From the human T2T-CHM13v2.0 reference genome, Homo sapiens, in assembly GCF_009914755.1 (NCBI RefSeq), contig NC_060938.1: a DNA stretch of 64,000 bases; one strand, 5' to 3'. A model generated the notes under the pieces. The model did no database searches. It saw only the letters and a program-made list of their open reading frames with translations, and was not told where the DNA came from. Shown piece by piece: positions 21,238 through 36,400 of this stretch. Position numbers and translations under genes: made by a program. Every line of letters begins with the position of its first letter. Position 1 is the first letter of the stretch.

Positions 21238-21837
21238 GCAGCCAGCCCTCCATATCTGCAGACACTTCTGCATCCTCAGAGTCAGCTAGCTGAGAATCAA
21301 AAATATTTTTTAAAATAAATAATAATAATAGGCCGGGTGCGGTGGCTCATGCTTGTAATCCCAACACTTTGGGAGGCCAAGGCAGGTGGATCACCTGAGG
21401 TCGGGAGTTCAAAACCACCCTGGCCAATGGAGTGAAACCCTGTCTCTACTAAAAATACAAAAATTAGCCAGGCATGATGGCATGCACCTGTAATCCCAGC
21501 TACTCGGGAGGTTGAGGCAGGAGAATGCTTGAGCCAGAGAGGCGGAGGTTACAGTGAGCCAAGATGGCACCAGTGCACTTCAGTCTGGGCGACAGAGTGA
21601 GATGTCATCTCCAAATAAATAATAATACAAGTTTGAAAAATACCCTTTAACAACTACACATGTAGCATTTACATTGCATTGTCTATTACAATCTAGAGAT
21701 GATTTAAAGTACAGGGAGGATGTGCATAGGTCATAAGCAAATACCATGCCACTTTAGATCAAGGACTTGAGCATCTGTGGATATTGGTATCTGTGGGAGG
21801 CCGGGAACCAGTCCCCCAGGATACCAGGGATGTCTGC
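21238..21837. mobile_element. MER2 (Tigger family) interrupted by an Alu
   Basis: aatctagagatgatttaaagtacagggaggatgtgcatagg...ggacttgagcatctgtggatattggtatc. Confidence 0.75.
21331..21625 (+). mobile_element. AluS (Sx-like)
   Basis: Full dimer; TSD aaataaataataata. Confidence 0.9.
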
Positions 21838-21949
21838 ACACAGTGAATATCTACAACACAATAGAAAGATGACAGAGTGAAAACTGCTGATTGCCTAAAT
21901 TGGAAAAGCGAGTGACCTACAAACACACATGAGGGGAGAGTCGCCATCT

Positions 21950-22390
21950 GCACTCAGCAAAGATGTCCCATCCTAATCCCCAGAAGCTATTTATGTGTCA
22001 CCGCGTATGGCAAAAGCGACTTTGCCGATGTGACGAAGTGACTTTGAGATGAGGCAAGCATCCTGGATGACCTGGGTGGGCTCAGTGTCACCACAGAAGT
22101 CTCAACAGCAGAGGAAAGAGATGAAAAAACACTGCACTGCTGGCTTTGAAGATGGAGGAAGGAGACGTGAGCCAAGGAGAGAAGGTGTCTCAAGAAGCTG
22201 AGAAGGGAGAAGAGAAACATTCTTTCCTAAAGTCTTCAGGAGGGTACAGCCCTGCCAACACCTCGCTTTGCCCAGTGAGACCCGTGTCAGACATCTGGCC
22301 TCCAGAACTGTAAAAGAATACAGCATCTATGTTGCTTTAAGCCACCAAGTGGTGCTGATTTGTTTCAGCAGCAACAGGAAACTCACACAC
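21950..22390 (+). mobile_element. MaLR LTR (MLT1D-like)
   Basis: ggcaaaagcgactttgccgatgtg...cagccctgccaacacct...cctccagaactgtaaaagaata...ttaagccacc. Confidence 0.75.
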
Positions 22391-22539
22391 CTTCACTAGG
22401 ACTCATGAAGAAGCAAACAAAAATGAAAATGGCACACATTCCACACCAAACAGGCGACACCGAAGGGTCCAAGACACGGAGAAGCTGGAGTGTGGGACAG
22501 GAGGCTCGCTTGGGAGAACAGCTTAGCAGCATTCCAGGA

Positions 22540-23005
22540 CACTGGACGCACCCACAGCCATGACTTGATGAAGCTACTGTGAGCCCTGTAGCCCAGTGTG
22601 GGGGCTGGTCTCGGGGATGGCCCCCAGTAGCCACGCATGTGTGGGCCCCTCCCACGTTGGTGCTGGGTGAGCTTGTGACTTGCTTTAACCAGGGGAAGGC
22701 ACAGCCTGGGTGTCTGGGTCCAGGCCATAGGGAGGCCTGGCGATTTCTGCTTTCATACTTCTGGGGGCCCAGAGCCCTGATGGATGGGCCAGCTACTCTG
22801 CTGGAAGGGCCACAGGGACAGGGAGAGAGGCCCAGCCATCCCAGCGTCCCGCTCAGCCTTCCACTCTAGCCGCCATCTGACTGTGAGTGAGACCAGCAGA
22901 AAAACAGCCTGCTGAGCCCAGTTAAGCCACAGAAGCAAGAGAAATAATCAACAGGTTGCTTTAAGCCACTGAGTTCTGAGTGGTCTGTTATGCAGCATTA
23001 GGAAA
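22540..23005 (+). mobile_element. Older MLT1-type LTR remnant
   Basis: gagagaggcccagccatccc...cctgctgagcccag...ttaagccactgagttctgagtggtctgttatgcagca. Confidence 0.6.
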
Positions 23006-24084
23006 TCAGAGAATCTGGACTGGGGACCTTCCCCAGGAGCACAAGGAGAATCCCTCCACTGGTGAGGCCCTGGAATGATATGCAAGGGGGGTGGGCCTAG
23101 GTGGATTCACCTATGATCTACAAAGCAGTGGACTCCTCACAGCAGCTAGGATGAAGGAGCTGGATCAACACGTCCCACCACGGGTGAGCCTTGGAGGTAT
23201 CATGTGGCTATCGGATGACTCCATTTATGTGAAATTTCCAGCAGAGATAAATTCACAGAGACAGAAAGCAGATTGGTGGTTGTCTGAAGTGGGACTCCGG
23301 GTCGGGGGGCCAGTGTACTGCTTCATTGTATGAAGTCTCCTCTGTGGGTGCCAGAAATCTTTCAGAACTAGATAGAGGTGATGGTCACACCACGTTGTGA
23401 ATGTGCTGGGTGCCTCTCAGGCATACACTCTAGAATGGTTAATTCTATGTTGTGTGAATTTTACCTCAATAAAAGAAAATTATGTGGAGTGGAAAAAGCC
23501 ATTTGCAGGAGGATATGTGCAAACTGATGTGTATGAAAAAGTACTCAAATAATCTCAAATGGATTTATGGACGTACACAGTAAAAACATAAAAACATCTA
23601 CAGGAAAGGTGGTAATCAACCTCAAAAGAGTGTCTCATCCAGGGAGAGAGCGGGGAATGAGTTCTGAAAGAGGTCGGGGCAACGGCGAGGGAGCGGGGTT
23701 CCAGCCGAATCAAATGTTTATTTCCTGTTTAAAAACCAAAAGCAAACATTGCTCTGCATTGAATCTGAGTAGTGGGCGTGGACGGGGTTATACTTTTCTG
23801 TATGTTTGAAATATATCATAATTTAGCATAAAAAACAGAGCCCAATCCCATTTCCCTGCCCTCCCAAAAAGGAGGCGCCCTGGCGCTGGCACGTTGTCAG
23901 GGTTCTCTGAGAGGCCCTTCCGTGGGAAGATCTCAGGCCCTGCTGGCCCAGGGTGGTGCACGGGGCCAAGGTTAGGGCAGGCAGGCTCGGAGGAACTCAC
24001 CCCAGGAAAAGCTGACACATGGTGCTTTCTCCAGCTGGCCCCCTAAGTGAATCTTCACAGCCACACTCCAAAGAAGGCCTGATT

Positions 24085-24200
24085 ATAACTCCCATTTCAC
24101 AGATGGGGAAACTGAGGCATGGGCAGTGACATGACCCAAGTGGCAGGAGACAGAGCTGGGATTCCACCCCAGCCAGCTGAGCTCACAAGGACAGGCCTGA
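24085..24200. mobile_element. MIR fragment (similar cores near 1280, 12800, 34240, 34790, 46940, 47985)
   Basis: cccatttcacagatggggaaactgaggca core. Confidence 0.6.
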
Positions 24201-25444
24201 CTGCGTTTACTACCCTGCCTGGCACCCCAGACAGTGTCCCACCTGAGTCCAAGTGATTGCACACGTCTGCCTGGGCTGCACCTGAAGTCCTAGGGGTTGG
24301 CACTTCCTTTTCAGAATATGTGCTGCCCTCACCAACCCACTGCCTGTGAGCCTCACTTCTACAGACTTCCAGCACCCACCCTCAGACGAGCCAAAGGAAG
24401 AGGAAATAACAGGTGAACCCCACAACCCCTGGGAGCCCCCAGAAAGGGTCTGAGGGCTCTGAAATTGGCTCAGTGATCACCTTTGACTCCTAGTCCAGAC
24501 AGCTCTCCGCTATGACACCTGGGGTGCCTTGCACTCAGTGTCACCCACAGACATGTACAAGGGAGGGTTTTCAAGCCACTCCTCTGAACCTGGTGGAGAG
24601 CTACCGAGCTGTGAGCCTGGGAAGCCCCTGACACCACTGCACAGGCTCTGAGTAGCAAGTGCAGGGGACAAGCAGCTGCTGTCTCGCCACGCCTCAGTTG
24701 TCCTCCCCAGTGAAATGGGGGTGGTCCTGCCTGCCTCACTGGGTGTGTAAGGACTGAATGGGCTGGTACCTGCAAAAAGCTCCCGGGGCAGTACGTGGTA
24801 GCCGGCCTTGATATTTCCGGATGTTGCCATTACTGATCAGGAGAGGTCTGGGCTGGGCATTGGTGAAGCGTTTGCTCTCAACTTTACTGCCACCATCAGT
24901 GTGCTGAGCTCCTTCCCTCCTAGACTCAGTGCTCACATCGGTGCAAGGGGTGAATAGACAGCCTGGAGGCAGAAGAGCTGCCCAGACCCTGCCCTGAGGC
25001 TGAAAGCCCTTCCCTCTTCCTGGGCCAGCTGGGATCCCTGGAGAGCCTGATGTCCCTGGAGCCCCTGTCCCCTCTGCTGTGATCCCCAGCAGAGCCTCAT
25101 GGGCAATCCCCCCAGCTGGCCCTGCCTGAGCTCCCTGGCTGTCCCCCAGCAAATGCCCACAGAGCCCTGTGAGGTAGGATTCCTTCAACGGGGTGTCCAT
25201 AGGGCTCACACTGCCAGGAAACTGCAGAGGTGGGATTTAAGCTCAGGGCTACGGACCCCCGAAGCCCAACTCCTTCCCCCTCCTTGGGAAAGAGCACAGT
25301 TACCACTGCATTCAGGCTCTGGGGCCAGGTTGCCAAGGCTGAATCTTGTGCTACCACTTATGAACTGTGTGAGTAAGGAAGAGCTTGTTCTGTTGTGCCT
25401 GTGTCCGCATTTAAAAAAGGGGGCACAATAGTAGCACTGATATC

Positions 25445-26510
25445 AAAAAACAAAAGAATGATCTCATTCTTTTTCTGTGGCTGCATAGTATTCCATGGTG
25501 TATATGTGCCACATTTTCTTTATCCAGTCTATCATTGACAGGCATTTAGGTTGATTCTATGTCTTTGCTATTGCGAGTAGTGCTGCTATGAACATACGTG
25601 TGCATGTGTCTTTATTATAGAACAAATTTATATTCCTTAGGGTATGTACCCAGTAATAGGATTGCTGAATGGAATGGTATTTCTGTTTTTAGGTCTTTGA
25701 GGAATCGCCACACTTTCTTCCACAATGGTTAAACTAATTTACACTCCCAGCAACAGTGTGTAAGCGTTCCTTTTTCTCTGCAACCTCGCCAGCCTCTGTT
25801 ATTTTTTGACTTTTTAATAATGGTCGTTCTGACTGGTGTGAGATGCCGTCTCACTGTGGTTTTGATTTGCGTTTCTCTAATGATCAGTGACCCTGAGCTT
25901 TTTTTCATATGATTGTTGGTCACGTGTATTTTTCTTTTGAAAAGTGTCTGTTCATGTCCTTTGCCCACTTTTTAATGGGTTGGGTTGGCTGTTTTTCTTG
26001 TAAATCTGTTTAAGTTCCTTATAGATGCTGGATATTAGACCTCTGTTGGATGCATGGTTTGCATAAATTTTCTCCCATTCTGTAGTTGTCTGTTCACTGT
26101 GTTGAGAGTTTCCTTTGCTGTGCAGAAGCTCTTTAATTAGATCCCATGTGTCAATTTTTGCTTTTGTTGCAATTGCTTTTGGTGTCTTCATCATGAAATC
26201 TTTGCCCATCCCTGTGTCCTGAATGGTATTGCCTAGGCTGTCCACCAGGATTTTTATAGTTTGGGGTTTTACATTTAAGTCGTTAATCCATCTTCAGTTA
26301 ATTTTTGTATATGGTAGAAAGAAGGTGTCCAGTTTCAATCTTCTGCATATGGCTAGCCACTCATCCCAGAACCATTTATTGAACGGGGAGTCCTCTCCCC
26401 ATTGCTTTTCACCAGGTTTGTCGAAGATCAGACAGTTGTAGGTGTGCAGCTTTATTTCTGGATTCTCTATTCTAGTCCATTGGTCTACGTGTCTGTGTTT
26501 GTACCAGTAA
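25445..26510 (-). mobile_element. L1PA/PB fragment (ORF2 C-terminus/3'UTR), truncated
   Basis: Minus-strand ORFs translate to L1 ORF2-like peptides ([29 protein letters not shown]; IKTTVRRHLTPVR). Confidence 0.92.
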
Positions 26511-27788
26511 TCGTCTTGTATTCTTTCAAATATTGTCCAGGCCACTTGAGAAGGAAAAGCAGCCAGTGGTCAGGAAGAGGGAGCTCAGCACAATTCCTAG
26601 AGTTATAAATTGTCTTTGGATGCCTGAGTAAAAAGGGGCTTAGAGAGAAATTTGTCCAAGACCCTCATGTTACAGGGGATGCCTGATGTCTGAATGCTGT
26701 TGTGACAGGGCCACCCAGCAGCCAGTGGTTGGAGCCGGGATGTGATACCCACTACAGCCTTCTCCTGCTACATCCCTGCAGCCCCCGGCTGGCGGCAAAG
26801 GCGAGCAGCAGCACTCGTAAAAGAAAAATTATAAATAAGTGGGACTTTCTAAAGCACACAGAGGCAGGAAGAAAGCAGAGCAGTCACCCGGGGGCTGTGT
26901 CACACAGAGTCTGGCATGCTGCGAGCCTGATACAAGTGGAAAGAGGTTCTCTGCAATGCTGGGCTGGAGCCATCCCTGCAAGGTTCTTTCCCCTTCCTCT
27001 TGGAGGGAAAAGGGCTTTTCTTTACCTAATGACTTTCTTTCCATAGCCATAACTTGGGAGAATGTACTTCCTGTCAACAGGCACATCAGCCTGGGGGCTT
27101 CTGGGGCTCCTTACACCCTGTGCCACACAGCAAGGACGGAAGCGTCTGATCAAGTGGCCAGCTGCAGAGAGCAGAGTCCTGGGCGAGACAGTGGGCTCCA
27201 AGCCGTGCCCTCAAGGGGTCGGCTCTCGGCGGTTTGGTAGCACTAGCTTCATCTGGAATCTCTCAGGGCCAACCTGGTTCTTCCCATGTGCCCTGGGTCC
27301 CTGCTCCACACCAAGCCCAAGGCCAGGATGTTGGACAGCACCGAGTCAGGCTGGAGGAGCTGGTCTAAGGGAAAAAGCTCCCTCAGTGCTATACAGAGAG
27401 AGGCCTCGGTCAGAGTGGTCTCTGCCTGGGATCCAGGTGGGCCAACACTGGATGGCTTTGGCCCATGAGACAGTGAGGGAAAACATGTCAGAGATGTGGA
27501 AGGAATAGGGCAGGCAAGAAATGGGGCTGCAGTTGGCGGGGTGGGGGGGGCGGGGGGCAGGGATTTTGGCAGAACAGAAAATGGGAGTCAGGTGGATCTG
27601 CGCTTGTTCAGAGCCCAGACCTGGCACCTGCCTGCTAAGGTGACTGTGAGTATTCATGGGAGAGAATGCAGGCAACGGGCTACACAGAACAAGTGCTCAT
27701 GGAAGGCCAGCTGCTATCACTGTGGCAGAGGGCCTGCCTTGGCTTCTCAGCAAGATGTCCTGCCAAACCCATTAAAAGGCTTACTCTG

Positions 27789-28068
27789 GGCCGGGTGCAG
27801 TGGCTCATGCCTGTAATCCCAGCACTTTTGGTAGGCCAAGGTGGGAGGATTGCTTGAGCCCAGGAGTTGGAGACCAGCCTGAACAACAAAGTGAGATCCC
27901 CATCTCCATAAAAAAATCAAAAAATTAGCTCAGTGTGGTAGTGCACGCCTGTAGTCCCAGCTACTTGGGAGGCTGAGGCAGGAGGATGGCTTGAGCCCAG
28001 GAGGTCAGGCTGCAGTGAGCTGTGATCAGGCCACTGCACTCCAGCCTGGGCAACAGAGTGAGACCCTG

Positions 28069-28105
<37 letters not shown>
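27789..28105 (+). mobile_element. AluJ
   Basis: AluJ diagnostics (ggattgcttgagcccagg, gagaccctgtc); long pure A tail; TSD aaaaggc(tt/c)actctg. Confidence 0.9.
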
Positions 28106-28108
<3 letters not shown>

Positions 28109-28704
28109 CACTCTGACCACAGCAGGGATCTATCTGTGGCAAGTGGCAGGTGTCTCCACTGAGGCCCATGTGCCCAGTCACCACCTGGCCATCTAAGGGA
28201 AACTGAGTCAGGGAGCGCCAGAATGCCCAGAGAACCGTAGGAAACAGTGTAAGATTTACAAGGTCTAGGAATTTAGGGGATCCCCAGGACCCAAGGTAAG
28301 AGGATCAGTGGGAGGCCCTGGACTGACAGCTCCTGTCAATAGGGGAGGACCTGGGCCCTCCCAAAGTTGGGAGAGCTTGCAGCTGAGGGCTAGGGAACCA
28401 GGAGCCGCCACTCCCATCCCAAAACTGGGCTAGTCAGCAGACCCACCCCCATCCTTCAAACAGCCCTCCTCTGAGGCCGGGGTGACTTTCACCTGCCTAC
28501 CTGTGGCTTCTTGTTTTCAAAAATTCAGAAGCAGCTCCTGGGGCCCACAGCAGACAAAGATGTCTGATTATTTAGATATAAGTGGATCTAAGACGTGGAG
28601 TTCAGAGCCTCGAAGAGTTTCCCTTTCATGCAGAGCAGACTCTGCGAGGGCACCACAGCCCCCCATTTCTGAGCACACCGCCCCCCATGCTCAGGTGCTG
28701 TCTC

Positions 28705-28880
28705 AGCATCACACGCAGACACACGCTACATGCCGACGTGCAAGCACAGACGACACACGGGCCAGGTGTGCGCACAATCAGGCACACACACACCTCCTAC
28801 ACACACGTGCACACACCCTCATGCACTCACACAAACCCTCACACCCGCACACACCACACAAACATGCACACACACACCCG
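28705..28880. repeat. CA-rich low-complexity repeat
   Basis: Degenerate (CA)n. Confidence 0.7.
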
Positions 28881-29499
28881 GCCCCTTTTACTCAAAGCCA
28901 CAGACTTCCACGCTCAGGTCCCGCACCTTCCCTCTCCTCTCCTTCCTCCCTAGCTTTCTGGAACAGAGCCTGGGGGCATCTGGATGAGGGTGTTGGGCCC
29001 TGAATTAGCAAATTGAATCCTCACATGAGAGGACCAAGAGTATCCAGAGCTCAGGGCGGAGTGGGGGAATGCTCCTTCCTTGACTAAAGGCAAAAATGCT
29101 GTGATACCCTTACAAGAACCAGAGCCGGTTCAGACCACTTCTCCCCAAATCAGATAACTTGGCTCAGGAAGCTCCACCCATCATTCCGTATGTCCATCCA
29201 AAAACCACAGTCCATGCATCCCGTCCCTCCCTCCTACCCAACCCAAAGTCCAGTGGGCTGCAGCAAACATTTCGATGACCCCCTCACTCCGGGCTGGGCC
29301 CTGGGACGGCCGTGGCAGGTCCCCAGTCTCGGTGTCCCCTTAGTTGGAAGCTCGGGGAGCCCTGCAGTGGCTGGACTGGGCCGCGGCTCAGCCATGTCTG
29401 CAGATCCGGGCGTCTGTACAGTCCTATGGGGGTCGATAAGGAAATGGGATGCTTTTCACATAAATATGATTTGCACATCCTGGGACTCCATCTGTGCAG

Positions 29500-30420
<921 letters not shown>

Positions 30421-33400
30421 TAAGCCGGACATTTTAATGGAACTGGCTTTCATTTTACGTAGCACTGTCTCCCTCCTTCCCTCCCTTTCTCCCTCCCCTC
30501 TTTCCCTCCCTCCCTCCCTCCAACAATGAGCCCCCTTTCCTGTAGGAAATCACCACATTCAGTGTGGAGAAGGGGCCAGTCCCAGCCCCACCACAGGACT
30601 GGGCCCCTGACCCAGCCGCGGCTCCTCCGGCTTCCTGGGGATCGGCTAGATGGACCCTTGGGAGATCTCCTCATCTGCTGGGATCATAAACTGTAACAAA
30701 AATACAGTCCCAAGACCTTCTTGTCCCGTGCACGCAGGAAGCCAAGACAGAGGCACAGAGCCCCAGAAGATGGAAAAAGACACTGAGTCCCTGTAACACC
30801 CTGAGCTCCTAGACTCAACAGTACCTGAAACCAGAGCCACACACTGAGCTCCTCATTTTGGAAGCCTGTTTTTCTTTGTTTGTTTGTTTTTTCCTAAACT
30901 AGTCTGAGTTGTGTTTCTGTAATTTGCAATAGTCCATGAGATACATTGTGGCTATGCTTAGTCAATAGACATTTATTGAGTGCCTGTTGTACGGCAAGGT
31001 CCATGCTGGACACTGAGACCAATGAGTAAGACCCACTTTCCCCATCCAAGCAATTCCATCTCTTTCCTCTTTCAGTGGCAGACTCTAACTGCTCTGTCGC
31101 CGCTCTGCGCCAAGAATTATTCTTGACACTTTTCATACATTTTCTCACTTAATTTATTACAGCAGTGCAGCTGGACTGCCACATAGACCCTTGAACTTGC
31201 AGTCCAGTTGGGTAAAGAGGCAGATGTGTCAACCCCCAGTGGGAGAGCCTTGCTCACAACAGAGTAGTCACAACTCTGTAGGGCTGGTCAGTAGGGATGG
31301 TCTCAGAGCAGACCAGTGTTGATGGATGGCTGAGAGGTGTCCAGGGGATTATAAGGGCAGGCATTGGCCCCAAGCAGAGAAAGAGCAGACCCGAAACGGG
31401 AAACGTTGCAGAACATCTGTGATAATCTTGTAAAATCTGCATGGTCTCAGCTATAGACAGATGGACATATGCCCATGTGCACAGTGTGCCTATGCAGAGA
31501 GAAAAGATGGAAAGGAATGCAACAAAGTTTTCACTGGGGTTCTCCCTGGTGGGTGGAATTGCAGGTCCTTTTCATTTCATTTTCTAGGCTCTTCTGTATT
31601 TTCCAAGTGTTCTATAATAAGTTTTTAGAATAAGTAAAGCAGCCTGGGATCCACAGCACAGGGCAACACCTTGGGCAGCACCAGAGACCCTTTGGGGGCA
31701 CCTCTTATTCCAGCCACAACTGCAGTCACAAGTTTCACATGAGCCTCCACTCACCTGCAGTTGGGGACACCTAACAGGGCCTCAGGAGGCCCCTTGTCTC
31801 TCCTCCTACCCCTCCCCGGGGTCTTCTCTATGGAAATCCACTTTGCATTACACATGTCAACCCAAAGTATCTTCCCAGCACAGTGTAACAGAGCTGGGGA
31901 CACTTGCTCCCTCTCACATCAGGGCGGAGGATCCTAAGACATGGCCACAGCCTCCAGGAGAACTTGGTGGGCCAAGCAGCCAGTGCCCACAGTAGGGGCT
32001 CCCCTCCCTCCTCTGTTTCACCCCTGACCTCCACTACACCCCCTGGCCACTTCCCAAATAAAGCTGCACTCAAGCTCGGTCTCAGGCTCTGCCTTGGGGG
32101 TTCCTGCTCAAGGCACAGACCCCCGCCACCCCGTCACATGCCAGTGTCGTCCTAGCGTCTCTGCACAGTTGTGTCCAGGAGTCCCTGAAGGCAGCTCCGT
32201 AGAGAAGGAACCTCCCTGTCGTCCTGGGTAACAGGAAGTTATCTTGTGTCCAGAAAAGGTCATCAGGGAATTGTTCTGCCCCTGCCTATGCCAAGGCAGA
32301 AGGTGGGGGGATGGAGAGGGGCAGGTGAGCAAGGCCTGGACTCAACCCTGGAGCAGTTCTCCAGCTGAGGAGGGGTCAGAAGTGTTCCTGTCCACAACAG
32401 AGGTGCAGCTGATGTGACGCAGCCCCTGGGTGCATGGGTGAACTCTGCCCAAGGGGAGGTGTCCGAGTTGACCCATAAAAGCGAGTGAGCAGGACAGCAT
32501 CCCAGAGAGGAGCGACATTCAGGGCAAAGGCCTAGGCGTGGGAGGAGGGCTGCCCAGGGCCTGCCTCTGCCCCGTTCTAAGAACAGCAGGCCTGGTACCT
32601 TTGGGCTGGGGACACAAGGTGGCTGCCTGGAGACCTGGGTTTAAACCTCACGATGAAGACTTTGTACGGTTCCTGCAAGCAACAGGAGCTCAAAAAGAGG
32701 GCTGGAGGAGCTCGAGGCAGGGGGATCCCTGGAGTTCAAAAGAATCCATAGGGATTATCCAGATTTGGGGGCCAGGCACTGGGCTCGGTAATGCGGCTGC
32801 TTAAGTAACGGGGATTTGCCGTTTTCCAAGAACACTAATACGATAAATGCTCTCGCAGCTAAAACCGTTCTCTGCGCTGTCTAATCGTGCTTTGACGACG
32901 CCAAAGGCCTTGGAGGCTCGCGCAGCATTTCAGGACTGCTGTAAATACCCATTGTTCCCGTACAGTGAGCGGCGGAGGAAAACATGCGTGTGTTGTCGGG
33001 GCTTTGTTGGCGGTGCTGGTTGCTTAGACTCGGATGAATGCTCCACCGCTCCGAGGGGGCGCGGGCAGGATTTAGAGGCGGCAGGGCTGGCTGGGGTTTC
33101 TTTCAAGCGCTTGCCAGCTATGGAGCCGTGGGCAAGCCCTGTCATTCCTGAGACTGACGCTGGGCTGGAGTTCTGACTGGCACCCCCACTCCCTTATTGA
33201 TGTGTGACCTGGGATCACCCCACTACCCCAGGCCTCAGCTGCTGCTTCTGTAGAATGGGAACAGTAGTCCCAACAAAAGCCCCTGTCTCTAGAGAAGGGG
33301 ACGTGAAAGAAAATAGCTATCCTTGTAAAAAGCCCGGGGGGTGCATTCTCCCAGCTGTGGTTATCAGTGTCTTTTGCAGGACACCACTGGAGTTCTCTGG

Positions 33401-36400
33401 GACACCTTAGCTGCTTCCACCACCTAGGACCTGGACCAAAATCCCTTCCTGGGCCTAAGGCAGTGTCGTAGACTGCACACTTGCCTGCCTGTCTGCCTTT
33501 CTTCCTTCCATTCTTTCTTTCCTTTTTGTTTTTTCACCTCAGTTACAGAAGGTGGCGTTAACCTGGTGCCTCAGCCTACAGCTCATGGGCATTACTGGTG
33601 CATGCACAGCCCCCTGCTCACTGCCTGGAGCCCCTTCCCCCTCCCTCCCCACAAGGGGTGGCCCTGCCCACGTGTCTGGTGTGCTCTGTTTTCATGGCAT
33701 GTGCTCCACAGACTGGTTCTTGGTGTTTTGTCTGTATGCGGTTCCAATGTGCAGAAGCAGCGCTGTGTGGCAGCTCAGTGCTTTTCCTTGCACGTCTCCA
33801 CTCGGCTGGCTGTTTCTCACATCCCTCGGTGCTGCAGTGTCTGTTTGGTCCTGGCTGCTGCTCAGTTTCCACGAGGCACATCCACCACCTCTCACCCCCC
33901 CCACTCCCACCCCCAGCAGCACCTCTGAGAGGGGCATCCTGGTACGTGCCCCTCACCATTAGAATACTTCCAGGAAAGGATTCCTGCACACAGGGTAGGC
34001 ACGGGGGTCACTCACCTCGCGTCTCTACAGAATATCTGCGCCAGTCTGCAAGTACGAGAGGAGGCTCCGACCAGTCCTAGATCCCACGTCCCCACCAGCG
34101 CTGGCCTTCCTCTTTCAAAAGTGACATTTGCAATTATGAAAGAAGTAATCATTATTCTAGCTCACATTTAAAAGGGCTTACTATGTGCCAGGCACTCACA
34201 TCAGCAGCACAACAGCCCCAAAAGGGAGGTGCTTTCCTCACCCCCATTTACAGCTGGGGAAATTAAGTTTTGGAAAGGTTAAGGGCCTTGTCCAGTGCTT
34301 CCAACCCATTTCTCTCTGCATTCCCGTGTTCCCAAGTCAGAGAAAATGACTGGGAGGAGAAGAGACCTTGCCCAAGGCCACAGGGGGGACTGGCCCCATA
34401 GCTGGGACAACATCCGCTGGCTGCCTGCCTGCCCCGACCATTTTCCTGTTTCTCAGAGCACATTGTCCAGGCCTGGTGGTGGGTGGGGGGAGGGATTAGA
34501 GCAGTGACGCACTGTACAGGACTTCAGCCTTGGTGGCAGGCTCCCATCTGCCCCCATCCGCACCCAGGGAGTGTGTGCCCCACACTCCATGCCCCTCCAG
34601 CTTAAAGATAATGGAGAAGCCACCTAGTTCCCATGCAAACCGCTTTCCCCTTGGAAAGAGTTGCATCCTTTTCTCTCTTTCAAGGGGAAAGCTTACAGCT
34701 CTGACACCAGCTGTGTGCCAGGAATGATTCCTGATACTTGTGCATTTTTTCACTTATTTGTAACAGCACAACAATGAAACCGACATTATTAGCTCCATTT
34801 CACAGACAAGGCTGCAGAGACTCAAAGGGGTGTCTGGGCTTACCCAAGGTCGTACAGCTGGCCTGTGGGATGTCATCAGGAAGAGCTGGGAGTGGGTGCC
34901 ACAGAGTCCCCTAGAACCAAGCTGGCTTGTCTTCCCTTCAGGACCTAAACCGTGGTTGGAGGAGGCACTAAGGCTGGAGAGGCAGCACTTTACACCAGAG
35001 ACCACCCAGCAATCAGGGGATCAGCTGGGAGGTGATGACTGGCCCCCTGGGAAATAGGGGAGGCCACAGGTGGGCTCCATCAGGGGCTGCCTCAGGGGAC
35101 ACAGAGGCCAGACTTCCAGAAGGCTGCCAGGCCTGCTTTCAAATCCCTGCCCCTCAGAAAACCCAGTACATCAGCCCAAGTGCACCAACACCCCAGCCTC
35201 TAGACCTGGGCCCCTAGATGCTTCCACCTGCCAAGGGAGAACCAGACACCTCCATGCACTTGTCCTGACTTGAGACTCCAAGAACAAAGCCAACTTGGGT
35301 TTGAGGTCTGTCAAAGGTGGCCTAAAGCTGTGGCTTAAGGTGTCTCCTGAGCCAGGACACTGGGGCACAGATACGTAATGGGGTCATGGCAGTGCTGTCT
35401 GCAAAAAGAGGACCTCAAACGCTCAGGCGTGGCTGTACAGGGTCCGGCCCTGACTTGGCTTCTCTGAGCTGTGATCTTGAGGCAGGCATTCAGAGGTCTG
35501 GGTCTCACCGTCCTCGCCTGTCTCATGGGGACACTCAGCCCTGCCCCAGGGTGCTTGTAAATGTGAAGTAACATCATGTGCATCATGGCAGCCAGCCCGG
35601 AGGGGGTCAGATTTGGGGGGATTTACTGAATGGCTTCTCTCTACCAGCCCCAGCACGTATCCCTGGGAACAAGGAGCATCAAGACTACATAATCCCCGTG
35701 TTCCTGGAATTCAGCCCAATCAGGAGGACAAATGGAAACCACACACCTCCACAGGCCCCGCCTGTCCAGGTCTGGGGACACAGTGAGGACATCGTCGAGG
35801 GCTTTGTCACGCCTGTGCTGCAGCTTGACCCTTTCTTCTGTTCAAACTCGCTCCTTCCCCCTTCTTTTCACAGGGGTTGACCCTAATAAACATCTTTCAC
35901 CCCAAATCCACCTCAGCATCCACTTCCAGACAAACCAACCTGAAACAGTTGGCACCAGGAATGGCCCAGGAAAGTAGATGAAGAGGTGGCACCAAAGCTC
36001 CATCGCTGGTGGGAGATGTGGCACCGGCGCAGCGTGAGGGCTCCATTCGCTGTGTGAAGAACTGGGAGTGGCTGCCGGCAGGAGGGACGCTCTGACAAGA
36101 GTCCTGGACGGGGCACTGAAGATGCCTGGAGGCACAGGCGGTGTGTGGACGGCAGGACTGAGGCTGCTGCCGGGCACCACGATGCCCTCCAGACAGCGAG
36201 GAACTGCTGAGGGTGAGGAACAGGCAATGGGAAGCCGGTGTGAACCCAGAGGGCCTCTTTGAAGCCCTCACCTCCTGCCAGGGCAGAATAGAGGAGGTGA
36301 GGACCCAGGAGTCCGAATGGCTGAAGTTTGAAGAAGGCTACAGGCCCTGCCCAGGTAGGTCTGTTTTGCCAGACCTGGGAACAGGGACCCTGACATATGG

